A stretch of DNA of 64,000 bases, from positions 32,001-96,000 of the forward strand of contig JBALDB010000002.1 of assembly GCA_036918135.1 (NCBI GenBank), read 5' to 3'. The notes below the pieces were generated by a model that worked only from the letters and a program-made list of their open reading frames with translations, searched no databases and had not been told where the DNA came from. Source of the stretch: Nostoc sp. GTDB taxonomy: Bacteria > Cyanobacteriota > Cyanobacteriia > Cyanobacteriales > Nostocaceae. This document shows positions 52,800 to 62,299 of the stretch, piece after piece; the first letter of the stretch is position 1, and the number at the start of each line of letters is the position of its first letter. Made by a program: the position numbers and the translations under genes.

Positions 52800-55700
52800 A
52801 TGCGATTCAATGACCGGCTAATTAATTTACCTACTTTAAATCATGTTATTAATCGTACTCCATTAACGATTACCTCTAATAGTTATGTAGTCGAAGCTAT
52901 TGTCTTAATGACTCAGGAAAGATGTAATAACTATGCACCAACCAGCTTAGATAGGTCATTGGATTTAACCCTTGGAGGTAAATTATCAACTGATTATGTC
53001 TTGGTTATGGAGGGAGGATATTTATTAGGTATTTTTACAGAACAGGATGTAGTTAGACTTGTAGCTTCTGGAGTTGACTTATTCACAGTGACAATCGCCC
53101 AGGCGATCGGGCAGCCAGTTGTTACCTTAAGAGAATCAGATTGTCAGGATATTTTTATCGCCTTATCATTATTGCGTCAGCATCAAATTCACCATCTGCC
53201 GATTTTGGACGATGGTGGGCAAGTGGTAGGAGTCATCACTGAGACTAGCTTGCTACAAGCGTTTGACCTGGTAAAAATGGTTGGAGTTGTTGAAGGACTA
53301 CAGCAACCTTTACAAAAACCTACAGATGAATTCACGCAGGTTAATCGGCAAATTGAAATAGACCAAGTACGCTGCCAAACTCAAAATTACTTAAGACTTT
53401 GGTTTGAGGCACAATCTGCTGAAATCATCCAAGTTAATCATCAACTTCAGCACGCCCTAGAAGAATTTCGGACGGCACAAGAGGAACTGCGCCAACAAAA
53501 TGAAGAACTCCTCGCAGCTCGTGAGCTAGTAGAATTAGAGCGTTGGCGTTATCAGGATTTATTTGAGTTCGCTCCAGATGGTTATTTGGTAACTAATGCA
53601 GCAGGTATTATCCAAGAGGTTAACCATGCAGCAGCGATGTTGCTTGCTATGCCCCAAGAATTTTTGGTAAACAAACCATTAATTGTGTTTATTGCTCAGG
53701 AAGACTGCCAAACCTTTACTATCCGACTGAATAATTTGCAGCAGGTGCAGGAGTGGGAAACTTACCTAAAACCACGAAAAAAGAAACCTTTCCCGGCTAG
53801 CATCAAAATGGCTGCCATGTACGACTCAGAGGGCGAGCAGGTTGGCTGGCGCTGGTTAATTTGCAATATTAGCGAACGACAACAAGCAAAAGAAGCACTG
53901 CGCCAAGCTAACGATGAGTTAGAAATACGAGTAGCACAAAGGACAGCAGAACTTGTCTTATCGAACAGGTTGTTGCAACAAGAAATTAGTCAACGCCAAC
54001 GCGCCGAGGAGGCATTACGGCAAAGCGAAAACCTTTATCGCCAACTTGTGGAAAGCCAAACAGACATTATTATCCGCATTGATTTGCACGGAAAAATTAC
54101 CTTTGCCAATTTGGCTGCTTGTGAAACCTTTGGCTGGAGCCAAGATGAGTTTCGCGGTCAATCATCTTTCGAGTTTCTTCATCCAGATGACTTGCCACAA
54201 GTAATAGAAAATATAACAAATTTAGTATCTTCATCTTATTCCTTGACAACTGGCGAGCAACGTGCATTAACTGTCAAGGGTATCCGGTGGTTTCAATGGA
54301 AGAGTATCCCAATTAAAGATGAAAAAGGAGAGATTGTTGAAATTCAAGGAGTAGGAAGAGATATTACCGAACAGCAAGCTGCGCTGCGCGATCGCCAACT
54401 CGCTGAAGAATCACTACAAGAAAGTGAAGCGCGATTGAGTTTAGCTCTGGAAACTGCCCACATGGGCATCTGGGATCGGAATCTAATCACCGACACTGGT
54501 ATTTGGTCTGCCAATATGGGACTACTTTATGGTTTGTCCAGGGGTAGTCCATGTCCACCGTTTGAAGAGTACCTGAATTTAATCCATTCAGAAGACCGCG
54601 AATTTGTGGTTGCGAGTATAATTGGCATTTTTGAAGAAGGAATAGGAACCGTAGAGTATCGGGTTATCTGGCCTGATGGCAGCATACACTGGTTAAACTG
54701 CACATGTCAGGTCTACTATAACGAATTCGGCAAGCCGATACGGATGCTCGGTACAAACACAGATATCACTGAGCGCAAATTTAACGAACAAAAAATCTCC
54801 GAACAAGCCGCTCTACTTGATATTGCCACCGACGCTATATTAGTTCGAGATTTCCGGTTCCAAATTTTATTCTGGAATAAAAGCGCACAGCGGATCTACG
54901 GTTGGCTTGACACAGAGGTTATGGGAAAAGACTCTCGAGAGATTTTGTCCCCAGCAGGAACTAAACTGCAATTAGAAGCACCGCTCAAAAGCGTAATTGA
55001 AACTGGTTCTTGGCAAGGTGAGTTAAATAAAGTTACCAAATCCGGCAAGAAAATTGTCGTTGAAAGCCGCTGGACATTAATGCAAGATACCAACAGCCAA
55101 CCGAAATCTATCCTCTGTGTTGACACAGACATTACAGAAAAGAAACAACTCCAAGAGCAGTTTTTTCGCACCCAGCGATTGGAAAGTGTTGGTACCCTCG
55201 CAGGTGGTATTGCCCACGACTTGAATAATATATTGACGCCGATTTTAGCAGCCGCTCAATTGTCACAAGACAAATATTTCCAAAACGAGGAGCATTCTAA
55301 GCAGCTAATGGCACTTGTAGAAAGCAATGCCAAACGCGGAGCAACTTTAGTCAAGCAAGTTTTGTCCTTTGCACGAGGATTTAAAGGGGAGCATACAATT
55401 ATCCAAGTCAAGTATTTGATTTCAGAAATTATCCAAATTGCTAAGCAAACATTCCCCAAATCTATTGAATTTTCTACCGCGATTTCAGAAGACATTTTGG
55501 CTGTGACTGGAAATACCACACAAGTGCATCAAGTGCTGATGAATCTAGTAGTCAATGCCCGCGATGCTTTGCCAGATGGCGGCAATATCCAAATTTCTGC
55601 AACAAATCAGTTCATTGATGAAGCTTATACGAAAATGAATCTTGATGCCCAAGTTGGGAATTATATTGTGATTACTGTTGCCGATAATGGAATTGGGATA

Positions 55701-56291
55701 CCACCAGAAATATTAGATAAAATTTTTGAGCCATTTTTCACTACAAAAGACATAAATAGAGGTACTGGGCTAGGACTTTCAACTGCACTTGGGATCGTAA
55801 AAAGCCACGGCGGCTTTATCAAAGTGTCCACCCAAGTTCGTAAAGGCAGCACATTTCAAGTTTTCTTACCAGCAGTAGAAGCAACCCAAGTACTCAATGT
55901 AGAAGATTCACAAGCTTACCCAGGACAGGGAGAATTAGTTTTAGTTGTAGATGACGAAGCTGAAATTCGTGATATTGCAAAAATCATTCTCGAAAATCAC
56001 AATTACCAGATGCTTGCAGCCAGTAATGGCATTGAGGCGATCGCACTTTATGCCCAGCACAAACATCAAATTCAAGCTGTCTTGATGGATATCATGATGC
56101 CGGAAATGGACGGAATCACCGCTATTCGCACCTTACAAAAAATGAATAATCAGGTTCAAATCATTGCTTGTACTGGACTCAACTCAATCGAAACTTTTAC
56201 TCAAGCTGCTGAGGCTAACGTGCAAACAGTTTTATCAAAACCCTATACAGCCAGAGAATTATTGAAAAGTTTACACCAACTACTCAACTGA
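52800..56291 (+). CDS. CBS-multi-PAS hybrid histidine kinase
   Basis: CBS pair, four PAS-like domains, H-box AHDLNN, G-boxes, C-terminal receiver (LMDIMMP). Confidence 0.93.
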   Translation: MRFNDRLINLPTLNHVINRTPLTITSNSYVVEAIVLMTQERCNNYAPTSLDRSLDLTLGGKLSTDYVLVMEGGYLLGIFTEQDVVRLVASGVDLFTVTIAQAIGQPVVTLRESDCQDIFIALSLLRQHQIHHLPILDDGGQVVGVITETSLLQAFDLVKMVGVVEGLQQPLQKPTDEFTQVNRQIEIDQVRCQTQNYLRLWFEAQSAEIIQVNHQLQHALEEFRTAQEELRQQNEELLAARELVELERWRYQDLFEFAPDGYLVTNAAGIIQEVNHAAAMLLAMPQEFLVNKPLIVFIAQEDCQTFTIRLNNLQQVQEWETYLKPRKKKPFPASIKMAAMYDSEGEQVGWRWLICNISERQQAKEALRQANDELEIRVAQRTAELVLSNRLLQQEISQRQRAEEALRQSENLYRQLVESQTDIIIRIDLHGKITFANLAACETFGWSQDEFRGQSSFEFLHPDDLPQVIENITNLVSSSYSLTTGEQRALTVKGIRWFQWKSIPIKDEKGEIVEIQGVGRDITEQQAALRDRQLAEESLQESEARLSLALETAHMGIWDRNLITDTGIWSANMGLLYGLSRGSPCPPFEEYLNLIHSEDREFVVASIIGIFEEGIGTVEYRVIWPDGSIHWLNCTCQVYYNEFGKPIRMLGTNTDITERKFNEQKISEQAALLDIATDAILVRDFRFQILFWNKSAQRIYGWLDTEVMGKDSREILSPAGTKLQLEAPLKSVIETGSWQGELNKVTKSGKKIVVESRWTLMQDTNSQPKSILCVDTDITEKKQLQEQFFRTQRLESVGTLAGGIAHDLNNILTPILAAAQLSQDKYFQNEEHSKQLMALVESNAKRGATLVKQVLSFARGFKGEHTIIQVKYLISEIIQIAKQTFPKSIEFSTAISEDILAVTGNTTQVHQVLMNLVVNARDALPDGGNIQISATNQFIDEAYTKMNLDAQVGNYIVITVADNGIGIPPEILDKIFEPFFTTKDINRGTGLGLSTALGIVKSHGGFIKVSTQVRKGSTFQVFLPAVEATQVLNVEDSQAYPGQGELVLVVDDEAEIRDIAKIILENHNYQMLAASNGIEAIALYAQHKHQIQAVLMDIMMPEMDGITAIRTLQKMNNQVQIIACTGLNSIETFTQAAEANVQTVLSKPYTARELLKSLHQLLN

Positions 56292-56430
56292 CAATTGAAC
56301 CATATAGTAGTCTTAAATCATTTGTGAAAAACTATAAATAACTAATAACTAAATGACAGCCATAACCAAAAATTTCACAATTTCATTCAGGATTGCTAAG
56401 TAGTGTATTATGCCTGACTAAGAACTTAAT

Positions 56431-56523
56431 TATAGCAGGAGGCAGGAGGCAGGAGGTAAAACTATTACTATTCCTAGCATTCATGCTTATCATCTTGTCC
56501 TAAAGGGTGTGACTACAGCTATA
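56431..56523. mobile_element. MITE-like repeat, family A
   Basis: Highly similar to 2620-2705. Confidence 0.7.
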
Positions 56524-56776
56524 CAATCTAGAATAATCTGTCTTTCCAGCTAATTTAACCAAATTGGTAGTTTTTTGCGAAAAAAGACTTGTACTTCTAG
56601 ATTCTATAAGTTTGAGTTTCAACTGAATATTTCAGCCCATAGCTAGAAGCATGGATTTTTGCCTTTATCTACCATCAAAATAAGAATGTACCTCTCAGAA
56701 CACTCGTTAAGTAAAATTACAGATGTTGAGGAGAAAAGAATGAGGTTCTGAACTAATTAGATATCTGGAATTCGTC

Positions 56777-59185
56777 ATGTATGAATTATTTGAAGGTGTC
56801 TTGAACAGTGATGAAAAAACTGTTCTGCGTGAGTTAATTGATGTATTAAATCTCTCAGGCAAACGTTACTTTCTGAGAAATGAAATTTTGCAGACTTTTG
56901 CCGACTGCTGTCAGCAATTCCAAAAGCCAGCTTACTTTTATCACTCTTCTTCTATTGGGAAACTCATAGATTATACCCATGAAATAATTCTGGAGGAGGA
57001 GTGTAGTTGGTTTATTGTTCGACCCAGGATTGCTAGTCAGGAAGTTTGGCAATTGAGAGCTGATAGTAGCTTTGAGCAGATGACGCCCCAAGCATTGCTA
57101 GATGCAAGGGATCGCTTGGTGAAACGCTACCAAAATCACATCCTGGAAATCGACCTCCACCCCTTTTACGAAGGTTCCCCCAGAATCGACGACCCCAGAA
57201 ATATTGGTCAAGGTTTAGCTTTCCTCAACCGTTACCTGTCGAATCAATTATTAACTGACCCCCAATACTGGCTAGAACTTTTGTATCTAGCTTTAAGTAA
57301 AATTGATTACGAAGGAATTCATTTGTTAATTGGCGATCGCATTACCTCAGGTATCCAGCTAGCCAAACAACTGAAGCCAGCCCTGCAATTCCTCAGTCAG
57401 CAATCCCCTGAGGAACCCTACGAAAAATTTTCCTCTCACCTCCAACAACTCGGCTTTGAACCGGGTTGGGGTAACACTGCGGCGCGAGTCCGTGAAACTT
57501 TAGAACTTTTTGAGCAACTCATTTACTCTCCACAACCAGCTATTTTAGAAACATTTGTCGCCCGTGTGCCCGCGGTATTTCGCGTAGTCCTGATTTCCAT
57601 ACATGGCTGGGTTGGACAAGAAGATGTCTTGGGAAGAGATGAAACACTCGGCCAAGTTGCTTACGTTCTCGAACAAGCCCGCAGTTTAGAAAATAAACTC
57701 CGTGAAGAAATTAAACTCGCTGGCCTCGACTTACTGGCGATTAAACCCCATGTAATTATTCTCACCCGACTAATTCCTAACTGTGAAGGGACATTTTGTA
57801 ACCTGCGCCTAGAAAAAGTTCAAGATACTGAAAATGCTTGGATTTTGCGGGTTCCTTTTGCTGAATTTAATCCCGAAATTACCAATAACTGGATTTCTAA
57901 ATTTGAGATTTGGCCATATTTAGAAACATTTGCTTTAGATGCTCAAACAGAATTGCTAGCCCAATTCAAAGGCAAACCTAATCTAATCGTTGGTAATTAC
58001 AGCGACGGTAACTTAGTGGCTTTTCTCCTATCTCGGAGTCTCCAAGTTACCCAATGCAACATCGCTCATTCCTTAGAAAAACCTAAATATCTATTTAGTA
58101 ATTTATATTGGCAAGATTTAGAAGAACAATACCACTTTTCCGCCCAATTTACCGCCGATTTGATTAGCATGAATGCAGCTGATTTTATCATCACATCATC
58201 TTATCAAGAAATTGTCGGCACACCCGATACCATAGGTCAGTATGAGTCATACAAGTGGTTTACTATGCCACAACTTTATCATGTAGTTGACGGAATTGAT
58301 TTGTTTAGTCCTAAATTCAACTTTGTACCGCCGGGAGTAAATGAAAACATCTTCTTTCCCTACAGCCATAAATCAGAGCGAGATGCTCAGCTTTGTACAC
58401 AAATTCAGTCACTACTCTTTAGTTCTGAAGACACCCAAATCTTTGGTCGCTTAGATAACTCTAAAAAGCGACCAATCTTTGCCATTGGGACTTTCAGCAC
58501 AATTAAAAACCTTAGCGGTTTGGTTGAATGCTTCGCTAAAAATCAAGCGTTGCAAGAACATTGCAACTTGATTATCTTAACAAGTAAACTGCATCCCCAT
58601 GAAGCTATCAACCCAGAAGAAGCAGGAGAAATCGAAAAACTCCACGACATTATTAAGCAATATCATCTCCACGGTAAGATTCGTTGGTTAGGAATGCGTC
58701 TCTCTAGCCGCGACCTTGGTGAAGCCTACCGAGTAATTGCAGATTCTCAAGGAATTTATGTCCACTTTGCCCGTTTTGAATCCTTCGGGAGGTCTATTTT
58801 GGAAGCGATGATTTCTGGCTTACCAACTTTTGCCACTCAATTTGGTGGGTCTTTAGAAATTATTAAAAACCAAGAAGATAGATTTAATATTAATCCTACA
58901 GACTTAGAAGGAACAGCAAAAAAAATTCTAGACTTCCTTGAAGAATGTGATACTCACCCTCAATACTGGCAGGAAGTTTCAGAATGGATGACTGAGCGAA
59001 TTCATCATAGATACAATTGGCATTTACATACTAATCAATTATTACTGCTGACGAAAATATTTAGTTTTTGGAACTTTATTGCTCCAGAAAATAACGAAGC
59101 CAGAGATCGTTACATGGAAGCGTTATTTCATTTGCTCTATAAACCTAGAGCCGAAAAGATTTTAGAAAAACATCTGGGTGAGTAG
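56777..59185 (+). CDS. susB: Sucrose synthase, SusB type
   Basis: GFEPGWG, IVGNYSDGNL, QYESY, FSPKFN; diverged GT-B motifs. Confidence 0.85.
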   Translation: MYELFEGVLNSDEKTVLRELIDVLNLSGKRYFLRNEILQTFADCCQQFQKPAYFYHSSSIGKLIDYTHEIILEEECSWFIVRPRIASQEVWQLRADSSFEQMTPQALLDARDRLVKRYQNHILEIDLHPFYEGSPRIDDPRNIGQGLAFLNRYLSNQLLTDPQYWLELLYLALSKIDYEGIHLLIGDRITSGIQLAKQLKPALQFLSQQSPEEPYEKFSSHLQQLGFEPGWGNTAARVRETLELFEQLIYSPQPAILETFVARVPAVFRVVLISIHGWVGQEDVLGRDETLGQVAYVLEQARSLENKLREEIKLAGLDLLAIKPHVIILTRLIPNCEGTFCNLRLEKVQDTENAWILRVPFAEFNPEITNNWISKFEIWPYLETFALDAQTELLAQFKGKPNLIVGNYSDGNLVAFLLSRSLQVTQCNIAHSLEKPKYLFSNLYWQDLEEQYHFSAQFTADLISMNAADFIITSSYQEIVGTPDTIGQYESYKWFTMPQLYHVVDGIDLFSPKFNFVPPGVNENIFFPYSHKSERDAQLCTQIQSLLFSSEDTQIFGRLDNSKKRPIFAIGTFSTIKNLSGLVECFAKNQALQEHCNLIILTSKLHPHEAINPEEAGEIEKLHDIIKQYHLHGKIRWLGMRLSSRDLGEAYRVIADSQGIYVHFARFESFGRSILEAMISGLPTFATQFGGSLEIIKNQEDRFNINPTDLEGTAKKILDFLEECDTHPQYWQEVSEWMTERIHHRYNWHLHTNQLLLLTKIFSFWNFIAPENNEARDRYMEALFHLLYKPRAEKILEKHLGE

Positions 59186-59295
59186 GGAGTGCCCAGTGCT
59201 GAGTCAGGAACCTCGCCAAAAACGTTTTTGTTAGCTGAGGTTAAAAGTTATTCTTCCCCTTCCCTGCCCAATGACCACTTTCAACAGATTGAATA

Positions 59296-62274
59296 ATGGA
59301 AACAAAAGGTCGTTCTCGCCATTTTCTTTATACAGACTGGACATTAACCGAAACTCAGTTTGACCCTGACCAATTGCACTCCAAAGAAACCGTCTTTACA
59401 ATCGGCAATGGATACCTGGGAATAAAGGGCAGTTTTGAGGAAGGTTATCCTCATGCATTACCGGCTACTTTTATTCACGGTGTCTATGATGATGTGCCGG
59501 TGATGTACACCGAACTAGTTAATTGCCCTGATTGCTTACCTTTGGTAGTGGTTGTGGATGGCGATCGCTTTCGTCTCGATCGAGGCGAGATATTGCGGTA
59601 TGAGCGAAAGCTTAACCTACGTCAGGGACTTCTATGTCGTTCTTTGCGTTGGCGTTCTCCCAGTGGGAAAACCATAGACATCTACTTTGAACGCTTTGCT
59701 AGTTTTGCTGACCAACATGTGTTAGGACAACGCTGTCAGTTAACGCCAGTAGATTTTGATGGATTAATTGAAGTTCAGGGAAGTATTAACGGATATATAG
59801 AAAATCAGGGTTTTAATCACTGGGAAGGACTAGATCAAGGCAAGACTGACGAAGGAATTTGGTTACAAGGCCGCACCCGCAACTCCGAAATTGAACTAGG
59901 TATGGCAGCTAAGATGAGAATATCGGGGACGGAAGCATCCTTGCAAGTCAATACCACACCTGGTTATCCCACCCTCAGTGCCACCTTCCCGGCTAAAGCG
60001 CAACAAACCGTAACAGTAGAAAAACTGGTGAGTGTTTTCACTTCGCGGGAGATTGAAACACCAGTCCCAGCAGCTCAAGAAAAACTCGCGTACTTATCAG
60101 ACTACGCAACACTACTAAAAGCCAATGAGCAGGCATGGGATAAGGTTTGGCAGCAAAGCGATATCCTGATTGAAGGAGATACCACAGCGGCTTTTGCGGT
60201 TCGCTACAATCTGTTTCAGCTGTTGATTGCTGGGCCAGGGCATGATGACAGAGTAAGCATTCCGGCGAAAACTCTTTCGGGGTTTGGCTACCGCGGTCAT
60301 ATTTTTTGGGATACAGAAATTTTTATGCTGCCGTTTTTTGTGTTTACCCAACCTGCGATCGCCCGAAATTTACTGAGTTACCGCTGGCACACATTACCGG
60401 GAGCTAGACGCAAAGCTGCTCATTACGGGTATAAAGGAGCAATGTTTTCTTGGGAAAGTGCTGCTACCGGCGATGAAGTAACACCACGTTGGTCACTGCC
60501 GACTGATTTTTATGGTGAAGACGTGCGGATTTGGTGTCGCGATCGGGAAATTCATATCAACGCAGATATCCCCTACGCAGTCTGGAACTACTGGCAAGCC
60601 ACAGGCGATGATGAATGGATGCAAAAATACGGTGCAGAGATGATTTTGGATGCTGCCATCTTTTGGGGTAGCCGCGTAGAATTCAATCCTGAGCGCCAAA
60701 AGTATGAAATTCGGGGAGTAATCGGAACGGATGAATACCATGAATTCGTCCACAATAATATTTTTACAAACCGCATGGCACAATGGCATTTGGAAAAAGC
60801 GATCGCAGTTTGTAATTGGTTGGCTGATAAATACCCACAACGAGCCAGAGAATTAGCAGAGAAACTACAACTCACTTCAGAACAGCAAAATTACTGGCAA
60901 GACATCATCGCCAAAATCTTGTTGTTTTACGACCCATCAACAGAATTAATCGAGCAGTGCGAAGGATTTTTTGAATTAGAAGATATTAATTTAGCAGATT
61001 ACGAAGGGCGCGATCGCTCCATGCAAGCCATCTTGGGTATCGAGAAAACCAATAAATATCAAGTACTCAAACAGCCAGATGTATTAATGCTGCTTTATCT
61101 AATGCGAGAATCAACAGATTTTCCCTATAGCGAAAAAGCATTGCAGACAAACTGGGATTACTACGCACCTCGCACTGATATCACCTATGGTTCCTCCCTC
61201 GGCCCAGCAGTTCACGCCATCTCAGCTTCAAATTTGAATCTATCCGCAGAAGCTTACAAACTGTTCATGCATGGAGCAATGGTGGATCTTGAAGATAACC
61301 GGGGAAACACCAGCGATGGAATTCACGGCGCCACTGCTGGCGGCGTTTGGCAAGCTGTAATTTTTGGCTTTGGTGGTATCCAATTCACCGAAAATCGCCC
61401 TGTAGCTAACCCCCATCTACCAGCTAACTGGACACGCTTGAAGTTTAAACTGCACTGGCAAGGGTTATGGTACGACTTTGATTTACATGGAGGAGTGGAC
61501 ATGGGGCACGAGGCATCGAAAGATGAGGGAGACAAGGGGACAAGGAGAATAACTCCTTACTCAACAACCAACAATCAACAATCAACAGTCAGCACTCCCA
61601 ATCCCAACATCCAAGGAGTCATCTTCGATTTAGATGGTGTACTGACAGATACAGCAGAACTTCATTATCTAGCTTGGCAGAAGCTAGCAGATCGAGAGGG
61701 TATACCGTTTAATCGGATGGCTAATGAAGCACTGCGGGGTGTATCTCGTCGTGCTTCGCTATTGTTGATTATTGGGAATAGACCCTATTCAGAAGAACAA
61801 ATCCAAGAGATGATGGAGCGCAAAAACCGCTACTATATGGAATTGCTCAAACATATGACATCTAAGGATTTGTTACCAGGAGCGATCGCGCTTTTAGATG
61901 AACTGCGGCAAGCTAGGATTAAAATAGCCATTGGTTCAGCCAGCAAAAATGCCCGCACAGTAATCGAGCGATTGGGTATTGCTGATAAAGTAGATGCGAT
62001 CGCTGATGGTTATAGCGTACAGCAACCCAAGCCAGCACCAGATTTATTTCTCTATGCAGCCAAGGAGCTAGGAATCGAACCAGCCCAATCTGTAGTTGTG
62101 GAAGATGCCGCCGCAGGTGTTGAGGCGGCTTTAGCTGCTGGGATGTGGGCAGTAGGTATTGGCCCAGTTGAACGAGTTGGAGCCGCTCATGTTATTTTGC
62201 CCAGCTTAGCAGGGGTCGAATGGGCAGATCTACGAAGTCAATTACAGAACTCCAAAAAATCGGTGAGGCACTAA
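59296..62274 (+). CDS. GH65 glycoside phosphorylase fused to beta-phosphoglucomutase
   Basis: GHIFWDTE, DEYHE, KQPDV, SSL motifs; C-terminal HAD domain FDLDGVLTDTA and KPAPD. Confidence 0.92.
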   Translation: METKGRSRHFLYTDWTLTETQFDPDQLHSKETVFTIGNGYLGIKGSFEEGYPHALPATFIHGVYDDVPVMYTELVNCPDCLPLVVVVDGDRFRLDRGEILRYERKLNLRQGLLCRSLRWRSPSGKTIDIYFERFASFADQHVLGQRCQLTPVDFDGLIEVQGSINGYIENQGFNHWEGLDQGKTDEGIWLQGRTRNSEIELGMAAKMRISGTEASLQVNTTPGYPTLSATFPAKAQQTVTVEKLVSVFTSREIETPVPAAQEKLAYLSDYATLLKANEQAWDKVWQQSDILIEGDTTAAFAVRYNLFQLLIAGPGHDDRVSIPAKTLSGFGYRGHIFWDTEIFMLPFFVFTQPAIARNLLSYRWHTLPGARRKAAHYGYKGAMFSWESAATGDEVTPRWSLPTDFYGEDVRIWCRDREIHINADIPYAVWNYWQATGDDEWMQKYGAEMILDAAIFWGSRVEFNPERQKYEIRGVIGTDEYHEFVHNNIFTNRMAQWHLEKAIAVCNWLADKYPQRARELAEKLQLTSEQQNYWQDIIAKILLFYDPSTELIEQCEGFFELEDINLADYEGRDRSMQAILGIEKTNKYQVLKQPDVLMLLYLMRESTDFPYSEKALQTNWDYYAPRTDITYGSSLGPAVHAISASNLNLSAEAYKLFMHGAMVDLEDNRGNTSDGIHGATAGGVWQAVIFGFGGIQFTENRPVANPHLPANWTRLKFKLHWQGLWYDFDLHGGVDMGHEASKDEGDKGTRRITPYSTTNNQQSTVSTPNPNIQGVIFDLDGVLTDTAELHYLAWQKLADREGIPFNRMANEALRGVSRRASLLLIIGNRPYSEEQIQEMMERKNRYYMELLKHMTSKDLLPGAIALLDELRQARIKIAIGSASKNARTVIERLGIADKVDAIADGYSVQQPKPAPDLFLYAAKELGIEPAQSVVVEDAAAGVEAALAAGMWAVGIGPVERVGAAHVILPSLAGVEWADLRSQLQNSKKSVRH

Positions 62275-62299
62275 TTGATATCTTTATTCTCCAACGCCA

